Positions 7,736 to 15,881 of a stretch of 52,905 bases of DNA are shown here, piece after piece (position 1 is the stretch's first letter; each line of letters opens with the position of its first letter). Source of the stretch: Candidatus Enterousia scatequi (GTDB lineage: Bacteria; Pseudomonadota; Alphaproteobacteria; Rs-D84). Made by a program: the position numbers and the translations under genes. A model generated the notes under the pieces. The model did no database searches. It was not told the DNA's origin and saw nothing but the letters and a program-made list of their open reading frames with translations. The stretch is taken from NCBI GenBank assembly GCA_018064405.1, contig JAGHVG010000001.1, positions 1 to 52,905 on the forward strand, in the 5' to 3' direction.

Positions 7736-9354
7736 TGTATGAAGTTGGCAAGGATATTAATAAATTTGGTTTTAAGCGTGTGAATACTGCAACGGTCGCG
7801 CATCGGCGAATTAATTTTTTATATAAATGGATTATATGTTTGGTTTTTGCGGTGTTCGTTTGTAAAACACTGTTCTTGGGTATTCAGGGAAATGATATAA
7901 ATCATAATGATGAAAGCAGTTGGCTGAATGAACGTGCGGATATTTATGATAGAAATGGCGAGGTTTTGGCCAAAAATATTATTTCTGGTCATATTATGTT
8001 GCGACCCAAGGTGGTGACAGATGTTGATGCAACCGCGCAAGTGATACATCGGATTTTACCGGAATATTCTGTCAATGATGCAATCAAGTTAATAAATGAA
8101 TCTAGTTTCATTTATTTGAAAAAGTTTGCTACTGATGAACAACGACGCATAGTCAGAAATGCAAAGTTGCCGGGTTTGGAAATAGAACCTGTGAAAATGC
8201 GCCATTACCCCAAGGGACGTCGTTTTTCACACGTAGTTGGTTTTGTTGGAAATGATGGGCATGGTTTGGAAGGGGCAGAATTAACGTATGACGATTACTT
8301 AAGGCAGAATAAAGATCCGTTATATCTATCCGTTGATGCGCGTATTCAAGAACAATTTTATACACAACTAACAATCGCTATGCAGAAATATCAGGCCAGG
8401 GGTGCAATGGGAATGTTGATGGATTCACGAACCGGGGAAATGATTGCTATGGTATCGTTGCCCGATTATAACCCAGAACGCATAGGGTCAGATCCAGTGC
8501 GCAATCGTAAATTTAAACCTATGCGTGATGTTTTGGAAATGGGTTCAATCTTTAAGATATTTAATACCGCATTAGCGTACGAAAACGGAATTAATAAAAA
8601 ATATTATGTTGCAAAACCATATAATATACTTGATGCACGTGGGCGTGTGGCAACGACAATTCATGACGTTAGTTCGTTTAAACCATCACATCCAAATTTT
8701 ACAGTTGATGAAATTATGTTACATTCGTGTAATGTCGGCAGTGTTCAAATTGCACTGGACTTGCCAGATGGTGCCCAGAAATCATTTTTTGAACGTGTGC
8801 ATTTATCAGAACCCTTGAATTTGGAATTTGGTAAAACAGAACGGTCTTTGATGCCTAAAAAGTGGGGACCTGTGGAAAAGGCAACCGTATCGTTTGGTCA
8901 TGGAATATCGGTGACACCAATGCACCTGTTGCTGGCGGTTAACGCAATGACAAATGGTGGTATTTATATTTATCCAACATTGCTTAAACGAAATATTGGG
9001 CGTGTGGTTGGTGAACGCGTTTTGGACGATGGAATATCGGCAAAGTTGCGTGAAATAATGGTCCGTATTGCAGAGGAAACAAGTGGTAAACAGGCGCGTG
9101 TTTCAGGAATAACAATTGGTGGTAAGACCGCAACAGCAGAAAAACGTGATAGTGCAGGTAAGGCAGATTCAAAAAGAAATACAACTGCATTTATTGGTGT
9201 TTTCCCTGCAGAAGCACCGCAATATATTATTTTGGTTGTTCTGGATGAACCACAGGGAACAAAAGAATCCTGGGGATGGCGAACGGCTGCATGGAATGCG
9301 GTGCCAACAACAGGAAAAATATTAGATGGAATCCTGCCATTGCTATTTGAATAA
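7735..9354 (+). CDS. ftsI: Penicillin-binding protein 3 / FtsI-type transpeptidase
   Basis: N-terminal TM anchor and PBP dimerisation region. SxxK (GSIFK) and SxN (HSCN) are present; the third motif reads KTA (GGKTATAEK) instead of KTG. Confidence 0.9.
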   Translation: MYEVGKDINKFGFKRVNTATVAHRRINFLYKWIICLVFAVFVCKTLFLGIQGNDINHNDESSWLNERADIYDRNGEVLAKNIISGHIMLRPKVVTDVDATAQVIHRILPEYSVNDAIKLINESSFIYLKKFATDEQRRIVRNAKLPGLEIEPVKMRHYPKGRRFSHVVGFVGNDGHGLEGAELTYDDYLRQNKDPLYLSVDARIQEQFYTQLTIAMQKYQARGAMGMLMDSRTGEMIAMVSLPDYNPERIGSDPVRNRKFKPMRDVLEMGSIFKIFNTALAYENGINKKYYVAKPYNILDARGRVATTIHDVSSFKPSHPNFTVDEIMLHSCNVGSVQIALDLPDGAQKSFFERVHLSEPLNLEFGKTERSLMPKKWGPVEKATVSFGHGISVTPMHLLLAVNAMTNGGIYIYPTLLKRNIGRVVGERVLDDGISAKLREIMVRIAEETSGKQARVSGITIGGKTATAEKRDSAGKADSKRNTTAFIGVFPAEAPQYIILVVLDEPQGTKESWGWRTAAWNAVPTTGKILDGILPLLFE

Positions 9355-9397
9355 ATTTACGCTATAATTATTCTGATAATAAAAAAAAGAGTAAAGC

Positions 9398-11143
9398 GTG
9401 AGAAGTATAGTTGATAAGTCCGTGTTGGGTCAAACATGGATGTTGCCTGATGATATTGGTATTGGCGGTGATAAAGATTTTGTAACAAATATTTTGCATC
9501 TACGTGGAATTGTTGATGATGCTGATGTTATGCGGTTTTTGTCGCCTAGTGTTAAGGATTCTATGCCAAATCCGTCTGTGTTGCGTGATATGGATAAAGC
9601 AGTGAGTGTTATCATTAACGCAATTTGTGCAAAACAGAAAATAGCAATATATGGTGATTATGATGTTGATGGAATAACATCAACTGCAATATGCGTAAAA
9701 TATTTACGTGCGATTGGATGTGATGTTGTGTGGTATATTCCAACGCGTGATGGTGAAGGATATGGGTTAAATAACAGTGCGATTGATAAGTTGGCTGATT
9801 TGGGTGTTAATTTAATATTAACCGTTGATTGTGGAATAAGTTGTGTTAGTGAGGTGGAATATGCAAAATTGCATGGTTGCAATATCGTAATTACGGATCA
9901 TCATTTACCAGAAGTTTTATTGCCAGATGCAGACGCGGTCGTTAATCCCAAACGTATAGATGATGAATCTGGGCTAAATTATTTGGCTGGGGTTGGCGTT
10001 GCGTTTTTGGTGTTGGTGGCGTTAAACCGTGAACTAAAAAAATTAGATACTTTTAAAGATGTTGTTGATGGTATTAATTTGTTGGATTATTTGGACTTGG
10101 TTTCTTTGGGGACAATATGCGATACAATGCCATTGATTAATTTAAATCGTGCATATGTTGCCACCGGTTTAAAGGTTATGGATTTACGTCATAATTTGGG
10201 ACTTAAAACATTAATGGATGTCGCCAAGGTCAAAAAACCAACAGTATATTCGGCTGGGTTTGTTTTGGGACCGCGCTTAAATGCGGCGGGACGTCTTGAT
10301 TCGGCAGAACCAGCGTTGGAATTATTATTGACTGATAATCCATTAATTGCGCGTGATTTAGCGGAAAAATTGCACGCAATGAATCAGGAACGTGTCGACA
10401 TTCAAAACGCTATTATGGTTGATGCCATAGACAAGGCGCAAAAATGCTGCGATAAGGGCAGGTGCAGTTTATTCGTTTGTGGTGATGGATGGCATGGTGG
10501 AATTATGGGTATAATAGCTGGGCGATTAAAGGATAAGTATAACCTGCCAACGTGTGTCGCAACAAAAATAGATGGTGTAATAAATGGCTCTGGGCGTTCT
10601 GTGGCCTCGGTAGATTTGGGTAAAATTATTCATGATGCAATTGACGCCGGGATTGTGTCTGAAGGTGGTGGCCATGCGGCTGCGGCTGGGTTTTCGTTGC
10701 CTGAAAATAAAGAACAGGATTTTTGTGAATTCTTAGAAAATGCTGTGATGAAGCAATTAAATGGGGCAAAGCCCACGCCAACGGTAATGGTGGATGCAGA
10801 ATTAGATGCGTCAGGGGCAAATATGGGGTTGGTTCGTGAACTATCTAAAATGGAGCCTTTTGGTCAGGGAAACCCTGAACCTGTGTTGGTGCTACATGGT
10901 GCGGTTTTACGGTTCGCGTCTGTTATGGGATCTGGTTCGCATTTACGTGGAACGGTTGGAACATCAAATGGAACAAATTTGTCGTTTGTTGGGTTTAATT
11001 TGGTTGGAACACCGGTGGGTGATTTTTTACTGGACGATGCGAATACAAATACTAAAATAACAATGCTGGGACGATTGAAAGAAAATGATTATAACGGTCG
11101 TATCAGCGCACAGTTCACACTAGAAGATATCGCGATTTTATAA
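9398..11143 (+). CDS. recJ: Single-stranded-DNA-specific exonuclease RecJ (GTG start)
   Basis: DHH motifs (IYGDYDVDGITS, ITDHHLP), a DHHA1 region (GGGHAAAAG) and a C-terminal OB-like domain; 581 aa. Confidence 0.92.
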   Translation: MRSIVDKSVLGQTWMLPDDIGIGGDKDFVTNILHLRGIVDDADVMRFLSPSVKDSMPNPSVLRDMDKAVSVIINAICAKQKIAIYGDYDVDGITSTAICVKYLRAIGCDVVWYIPTRDGEGYGLNNSAIDKLADLGVNLILTVDCGISCVSEVEYAKLHGCNIVITDHHLPEVLLPDADAVVNPKRIDDESGLNYLAGVGVAFLVLVALNRELKKLDTFKDVVDGINLLDYLDLVSLGTICDTMPLINLNRAYVATGLKVMDLRHNLGLKTLMDVAKVKKPTVYSAGFVLGPRLNAAGRLDSAEPALELLLTDNPLIARDLAEKLHAMNQERVDIQNAIMVDAIDKAQKCCDKGRCSLFVCGDGWHGGIMGIIAGRLKDKYNLPTCVATKIDGVINGSGRSVASVDLGKIIHDAIDAGIVSEGGGHAAAAGFSLPENKEQDFCEFLENAVMKQLNGAKPTPTVMVDAELDASGANMGLVRELSKMEPFGQGNPEPVLVLHGAVLRFASVMGSGSHLRGTVGTSNGTNLSFVGFNLVGTPVGDFLLDDANTNTKITMLGRLKENDYNGRISAQFTLEDIAIL

Positions 11144-12094
11144 ATGAAAGAAAATGTTAAATCTTTGATAGAAAAAATAGCAACGGCAAATTCTATTGCG
11201 GTTATTGCACATAAGAATCCGGATGCAGATGCCCTGTGCAGTGTGTTGGCAATGCGTCAACTGATAAAACTGAATTTTAACAAGGATTGTGTTTGTGTGT
11301 ATGATGGTAATATTCCTGAAAATTTAGAAATGGTGCCATTACGTCCATTGTTAAAATATTACGAACATACAGATTTATCCGTTGCGTACGATTTGGTGAT
11401 ATTATTGGACTATGGTACGGTTAAGAATATTGGCGGTCCACAGGTTATTATTGATAATGCTAAATTTGTTGCCGAAATAGATCATCATAAAAACGACAAT
11501 AAATTGGGCGCACTTTGCATAGATAATGAAAATGCTGTTGCCACAGGTGAGGTTTTGTTTGATATCCTTACAGAAGCAAACTGGAAAAAAGATAATTTCA
11601 TTTCGGATTTAATTGCGCTGGCAATATTGACTGATTCGGGAAATTTTAAATTTGCGCGTAATGGGAACGCATTGCGTATAATGGCACAGTTGGTTGATGG
11701 TGGGGTTAATATTGGTAAATTGTTGGCATCATTAAATAATAAACCACCCAAGGCGGTTCAGACAGAGGCACGTGTCGCATCAGAAGCAGAGTTTTTTTAT
11801 CATAAACGTTTGGTTTTGGCGACAATGTCCACGCGCGATTATCGGCATATTGATGGTCGTGGGGAAATTGTGCTAGGGTTGTTAAATCAAATCAAGGGTG
11901 TTGAGTATATTGTGTTGCTAAAACAGCAAAAGCAGGACCAGATAGGGGTTTCATTGCGCAGTAAAACACAACCTGTTAATCAAATCGCAGAGGCGTTGGG
12001 GGGTGGTGGTCATATGTTTGCATCGGGTGCAGTTGTTCGCGATAGTTTGGAAAATGTGCGTGCTAAAGTTTTAGAATTATTTAAAGGAATATGA
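11144..12094 (+). CDS. Stand-alone DHH-DHHA1 phosphoesterase (NrnA / DhhP / Pde2-like)
   Basis: AHKNPDADALCS, LLDYG, IDHHKN and GGGGHMFASG motifs; 316 aa. Its start abuts the recJ stop (TAAATG). Confidence 0.8.
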   Translation: MKENVKSLIEKIATANSIAVIAHKNPDADALCSVLAMRQLIKLNFNKDCVCVYDGNIPENLEMVPLRPLLKYYEHTDLSVAYDLVILLDYGTVKNIGGPQVIIDNAKFVAEIDHHKNDNKLGALCIDNENAVATGEVLFDILTEANWKKDNFISDLIALAILTDSGNFKFARNGNALRIMAQLVDGGVNIGKLLASLNNKPPKAVQTEARVASEAEFFYHKRLVLATMSTRDYRHIDGRGEIVLGLLNQIKGVEYIVLLKQQKQDQIGVSLRSKTQPVNQIAEALGGGGHMFASGAVVRDSLENVRAKVLELFKGI

Positions 12095-12714
12095 GAGAGA
12101 TGAAAAAAATATTTATTCTAATTTGTTGTTTGTTTGTGGCATCGGGGGCAGGTGCCACGGTTGATAAGAATTTGGTGTCGGCGGCAGAAAAATATTTAAA
12201 TTCTGTGACGGGGTTGTCGGGTGATTTTATACAGAGTGCGAACGGAAAATCTGACAAAGGAACATTTTCTATGTTACGCCCTGGGCGTGTTAGGTTGGAT
12301 TATGATTCATTGCCGGTTCAATTAATTTCAGATGGCGAGGATTTGTATTTCTTTGATAAATCGTTAGATCAAATTACAACGGTTCCGTTGACCAGTACAC
12401 CAGCTGGTATATTGGTGCGCAAAAATATAAATCTGCATAGTGCCGATATTGTTGTTGATGAAACAACCGATGGTGACAATACGTTTGCTTTAAAAATGTA
12501 CATGCGGGATCAAATTGGACTCGGGACGATGACGGTTGTTTTTGATAGGCAACCTGTGAAGTTAAATTCCTGGACTGTTGTTGATGCCACTGGGGCAAAA
12601 ACAAATGTGACATTTCATGATTTGAAAACAAAGACAAATTTTGCCAAGGATTATTTTCAGATTCAACGGCATAAAATGGTTAATACTGCCGGTGGTGACG
12701 ACTTTTACGATTAA
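12091..12714 (+). CDS. lolA: Outer-membrane lipoprotein carrier protein LolA
   Basis: Signal peptide, then the LSGDFIQS...GTFSMLRPGRVRLDY pattern typical of LolA. Overlaps the preceding gene by 4 nt. Confidence 0.8.
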   Translation: MREMKKIFILICCLFVASGAGATVDKNLVSAAEKYLNSVTGLSGDFIQSANGKSDKGTFSMLRPGRVRLDYDSLPVQLISDGEDLYFFDKSLDQITTVPLTSTPAGILVRKNINLHSADIVVDETTDGDNTFALKMYMRDQIGLGTMTVVFDRQPVKLNSWTVVDATGAKTNVTFHDLKTKTNFAKDYFQIQRHKMVNTAGGDDFYD

Positions 12715-12716
12715 TA

Positions 12717-12989
12717 ATGTTTGGAATAAGTTGGGCTGAATTTTTAGTAATAATTTTGGTTGCAATTTTAATTGTGCCTGCGCGAAATTGGCCGGATGTT
12801 GCGCGTTTCTTGGCACGCGTTGTGCGTTTTGTTCGGGACTTGGTTTGGCGTATTACAGATGCATCAGAAAAAATTAAAGACAAAATTGATTTACAAAAAC
12901 CCATTGATGATTTAGTTCATACAACAACAGATGATATATTGGCTGATTTTTCATCCAAGATTAAGAAAAAAACTAGGCGTAAAAAATGA
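12717..12989 (+). CDS. tatB: Twin-arginine translocase subunit TatB
   Basis: MFGISWAEFLVIILVAILIVPARNWPDVARFLARVVRFVRD gives a TatA/B-family N-terminus, directly upstream of tatC and overlapping it. Confidence 0.8.
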   Translation: MFGISWAEFLVIILVAILIVPARNWPDVARFLARVVRFVRDLVWRITDASEKIKDKIDLQKPIDDLVHTTTDDILADFSSKIKKKTRRKK

Positions 12990-13690
12990 AAAAAATGACA
13001 TTGATGCAACATTTTGCTGAATTACGCCGACGGTTTCTGTGGACATTGTTGATATTATTGGTGGCATTTGTCGCGGGGTGGTATTTAGCACCATATTTAC
13101 AAAATCTGTTGATAATACCGTTGTTGCGTGTTTGGCCAGATGGCGCGTTAATATATACTGGCATAACAGATGGATTAATGATTAATTTGTCACTGGCATT
13201 CACGATTGCGTTATGTGTGACGATACCTGTGGGGTTGTGGCATTTGTGGGCATATATAGAACCAGGATTGAAAAAGAAGGAAAAAAATTTTGTGTGGCCC
13301 GTTATATTGATGTCGCCAGTGTTGTTTTTTATCGGGGCCTTATTTGCATTTTATGTTCTGTTCCCGTTTGTTTTTGGGTTCTTTATAGAACTTAATGAAT
13401 CTGCGCAGATTCCGACTGTTTTGTTGCCTGTGGCACGTGATTATTTTGTTTTTGCAGTAAATTTAATGAAGGTTTTTGGTTTCGCATTTCAGTTGCCGTT
13501 GGTGATGGTTGTGCTGAATCGCGTAGGCATTTTGTCAAAGCAATCTGTAATAAAATCACGCAGATATGCAATAATCGGAATAGTAACTATTGCTGCAATT
13601 TTAACACCGCCAGATATAGTGTCCCAGATGCTGCTGGCATTGCCATTGTTAGGTCTATTTGAAATAAGTTTGTTGTTTATGCGGGATTAG
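12986..13690 (+). CDS. tatC: Twin-arginine translocase subunit TatC
   Basis: HFAELRRRFLW N-terminus and six predicted TM helices; 234 aa. Confidence 0.92.
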   Translation: MKKMTLMQHFAELRRRFLWTLLILLVAFVAGWYLAPYLQNLLIIPLLRVWPDGALIYTGITDGLMINLSLAFTIALCVTIPVGLWHLWAYIEPGLKKKEKNFVWPVILMSPVLFFIGALFAFYVLFPFVFGFFIELNESAQIPTVLLPVARDYFVFAVNLMKVFGFAFQLPLVMVVLNRVGILSKQSVIKSRRYAIIGIVTIAAILTPPDIVSQMLLALPLLGLFEISLLFMRD

Positions 13691-13704
13691 TTTTGTGATA
13701 TAAT
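13691..13704 (+). promoter_or_regulatory. Extended -10 promoter motif TTTTGTGATATAAT (copy 2 of 3)
   Basis: Identical 14-mer starts right after the tatC stop. TATAAT ends 6 nt before the nlpD GTG. Confidence 0.35.
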
Positions 13705-13710
13705 CTGTGC

Positions 13711-14841
13711 GTGCAGACAAAAATACCGTTATTTTTATTGGTAATAGGATTGATATTATCGGGTTGTGATTTACAACCTAGGATTGTTAATTTACCTAAT
13801 ACTATTGATGAGTTTATTACCGGGCGATATCCAGCATTGTTGGCGGATCCTCAGTCCGAGATATATGATTCCGCGGCATCTGACTATGGGGTTTATGCAT
13901 CACCAAATTTATATGGAACTTATTCTGAATCGGTTGACGATTATGTGTTATATGCCAGTGTGTCTGATTATGATATGCCAACATATGGAACATTAGAACA
14001 GCCCCAAATGTCATCCGAATCGGTTGTGGTTGATGAACCGGGGGATTTCTTGGTTGTTGGAATGTATGGCGGTGATATAGAACAGAATGCAAATGTTGTT
14101 GCACAAGATGTGAAGGTTGCAGATGCCCCCGCGGTATCTGATAATGCAACACGTGTTGCGGTAAAAAGTATAACGGTTTCACCGGGGGATACGCTATATT
14201 CTATATCACGAAAATATGAGATTCCAGTGAACGATTTAGCGGTTATGAACAATATGAACGCACCGTTTACGGTGTCGGTTGGGCAGGTATTAAAGGTTCC
14301 TGATTTGGCGTCTGTAAATGCAAATAATATAGTGAAACCAGAACAACCCGTTGCGCCAAAGGTGGCGGTAAATAATATCAGCCAACCAGTCCCAGAAAAG
14401 CAAGCGGTGCCAAAGATTTCGTCTGATCCAACAAAACAGTTGCCGAAAATAGCAACACGTTCTTCATCTAAGTTTTCATGGCCTGTCAGGGGACGTGTTA
14501 TATCTGAATATGGCGCAAAAAGCAACGGACTGTTTAATGATGGTATAAATATTGCATCAGCAAAAGGAACATCTGTCAAGGCGGCAGAAAATGGTGTGGT
14601 TGCCTATGCCGGGAATGAAGTTAAGGGTATGGGAAATTTGATTATTATTCAGCATAGTGATGGGTGGATGACGGTTTATGCCCATATGGATTCCATGGGG
14701 GTAAAACGCGGGAACAAGGTGACTGTTGGACAAAAAATAGGGACGGTGGGGACATCTGGCAAGGTTGATGAACCGCAGTTGCATTTTGAGGTACGCAAGG
14801 GAACAAAAGCATATAACCCTACACAATATTTAAAGAATTAG
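13711..14841 (+). CDS. nlpD: LysM + M23 peptidase lipoprotein (NlpD-like), GTG start
   Basis: Lipobox LILSGC, LysM (VSPGDTLYSISRKYEIPVNDLAVMNNM...GQVLKVP), and M23 domain (GINIASAKGTSVKAAENGVV, IIIQHSDGWMTVYAHM, PQLHFEVRKG). Confidence 0.85.
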   Translation: MQTKIPLFLLVIGLILSGCDLQPRIVNLPNTIDEFITGRYPALLADPQSEIYDSAASDYGVYASPNLYGTYSESVDDYVLYASVSDYDMPTYGTLEQPQMSSESVVVDEPGDFLVVGMYGGDIEQNANVVAQDVKVADAPAVSDNATRVAVKSITVSPGDTLYSISRKYEIPVNDLAVMNNMNAPFTVSVGQVLKVPDLASVNANNIVKPEQPVAPKVAVNNISQPVPEKQAVPKISSDPTKQLPKIATRSSSKFSWPVRGRVISEYGAKSNGLFNDGINIASAKGTSVKAAENGVVAYAGNEVKGMGNLIIIQHSDGWMTVYAHMDSMGVKRGNKVTVGQKIGTVGTSGKVDEPQLHFEVRKGTKAYNPTQYLKN

Positions 14842-14850
14842 CATAAAAAC

Positions 14851-14878
14851 TTGATTTTATAGGAAAATACCGTATAAT
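14851..14878 (+). promoter_or_regulatory. Promoter for tRNA-Lys (TTGATT-16-TATAAT)
   Basis: TTGATT 14851-14856 and TATAAT 14873-14878. The tRNA starts 15 nt downstream. Confidence 0.45.
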
Positions 14879-14892
14879 TACTGCACAGTTTT

Positions 14893-14968
14893 GGATGCAT
14901 AGCTCAGTTGGTAGAGCAACTGACTCTTAATCAGTGGGTCCAGGGTTCGAGTCCCTGTGCGTCCACCA
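14893..14968 (+). tRNA. tRNA-Lys (anticodon CUU), CCA encoded
   Basis: Folded by hand into a cloverleaf: acceptor GGATGCA/TGCGTCC, D arm GCTCAGTTGGTAGAGC, anticodon loop CTCTTAA, T arm GGGTTCGAGTCCC. 76 nt. Confidence 0.95.
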
Positions 14969-14976
14969 AAATATTT

Positions 14977-15003
14977 CCGATCGATTTTACCGATCGGTTT
15001 TTT
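14977..15003 (+). terminator. Intrinsic terminator after tRNA-Lys
   Basis: CCGATCG-ATTTTAC-CGATCGG followed by TTTTTT. Confidence 0.65.
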
Positions 15004-15004
15004 A

Positions 15005-15026
15005 TATAGGTATTTTTTCTCATTTT
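15005..15026 (+). repeat. Direct repeat copy 1 (TATAGGTATTTTTTCT-C-ATTTT)
   Basis: The 16 nt at 15005-15020 are identical to 15787-15802; similarity extends with one mismatch. Confidence 0.75.
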
Positions 15027-15098
15027 TTTCTTGTTGAAATGATATGGGTTTTTCGTCACAATATCTATATGGCAACCAACGTAACAAAGGGGGATTCA

Positions 15099-15326
15099 AT
15101 GAATCATTTACAAATGTGGTCCGCGATTGATTCCTTTGCGAAGGCAAAAGGAACAACGGCATCTGGGTTGGCGAAAATGTCTGGGCTTAATCCGACAACT
15201 TTTAACAAGTCAAAAAGAATGACAGAATATGGTCAGGAACGTTGGCCATCAACACAGAGTTTATCTAAGATTTTAAACGCTACGAATACTTCGTTTTCAG
15301 AGTTTGCTAAATATATTCATGATTAA
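15099..15326 (+). CDS. Small XRE-family helix-turn-helix protein, paralogue 1 (75 aa)
   Basis: MNHLQMWSAIDSFAKAKGTTASGLAKMSGLNPTTFNKSKR... is an HTH_3-like pattern. GGGGGA SD. Track ORF 14934-15326 was trimmed because its 5' part overlaps the tRNA. Confidence 0.8.
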   Translation: MNHLQMWSAIDSFAKAKGTTASGLAKMSGLNPTTFNKSKRMTEYGQERWPSTQSLSKILNATNTSFSEFAKYIHD

Positions 15327-15352
15327 TTTACAGTTTTAAAAAGGGTTTCAAG

Positions 15353-15382
15353 ACGATCTGGGTAATTCCGGATCGTTTTTTT
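15353..15382 (+). terminator. Intrinsic terminator after XRE paralogue 1
   Basis: ACGATCTGG / CCGGATCGT stem with a 6-nt loop, then TTTTTTT. Confidence 0.6.
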
Positions 15383-15514
15383 GTGTGTGATAATATGAAT
15401 ATTTTCTTGTTACTTTATATGACTTTTGTCATAAAGTGCCTTTTTTCCTAGTGATAATAGGAGCCGATTCGGAACATAATATGTGCATGGTAACACGAAC
15501 AAAGGGAGGATACC

Positions 15515-15739
15515 ATGAACCACGCACAAATTTGGAACGCAATTGACACATTAGCAAAAGAAAAAGGGTATTCTGTATCTGGATTGGCGCGCGCCTCTGG
15601 ATTGGATGCCACAACTTTTAATAAATCTAAACGTTTGTCAACCTATGGCCAGGAACGTTGGCCTACGACGTATAGTATTTCTAAAATTTTGAATTCTACG
15701 CATACTACTTTTTCAGAATTTGCAAAATATGCAGAATAA
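15515..15739 (+). CDS. Small XRE-family helix-turn-helix protein, paralogue 2 (74 aa)
   Basis: MNHAQIWNAIDTLAKEKGYSVSGLARASGLDATTFNKSKR.... By manual count, 50 of 74 aligned residues are identical to paralogue 1. GGGAGGA SD. Confidence 0.85.
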   Translation: MNHAQIWNAIDTLAKEKGYSVSGLARASGLDATTFNKSKRLSTYGQERWPTTYSISKILNSTHTTFSEFAKYAE

Positions 15740-15755
15740 ATCTGTCACAGAAAAA

Positions 15756-15787
15756 CATCCGGTGATAGTCGCACCGGGTGTTTTTTT
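15756..15787 (+). terminator. Intrinsic terminator after XRE paralogue 2
   Basis: CATCCGGTG / CACCGGGTG stem with a 7-nt loop, then TTTTTTT. Confidence 0.65.
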
Positions 15788-15808
15788 ATAGGTATTTTTT
15801 CTTATTTT
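15787..15808 (+). repeat. Direct repeat copy 2 (TATAGGTATTTTTTCT-T-ATTTT)
   Basis: See copy 1. The copies are 782 bp apart and bracket both XRE genes. Confidence 0.75.
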
Positions 15809-15881
15809 AAAACTTCCGATATCGTTTGACTTTTTGGCCCATTTGATAAAAAATTTCAGTGATATTAAAAAGAAGACAGAT

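Noticed and set aside
13968-14579. 203-aa minus-strand ORF in the six-frame track
   Set aside because: It is entirely antisense to the well-supported LysM/M23 nlpD gene. It has no SD and a low-complexity composition. Long antisense ORFs are expected in AT-rich genomes with biased codon usage.
14934-15098. N-terminal extension of track ORF 14934-15326
   Set aside because: The extension overlaps the 3' half of tRNA-Lys and its terminator. The SD-preceded ATG at 15099 aligns with the start of the paralogue at 15515.
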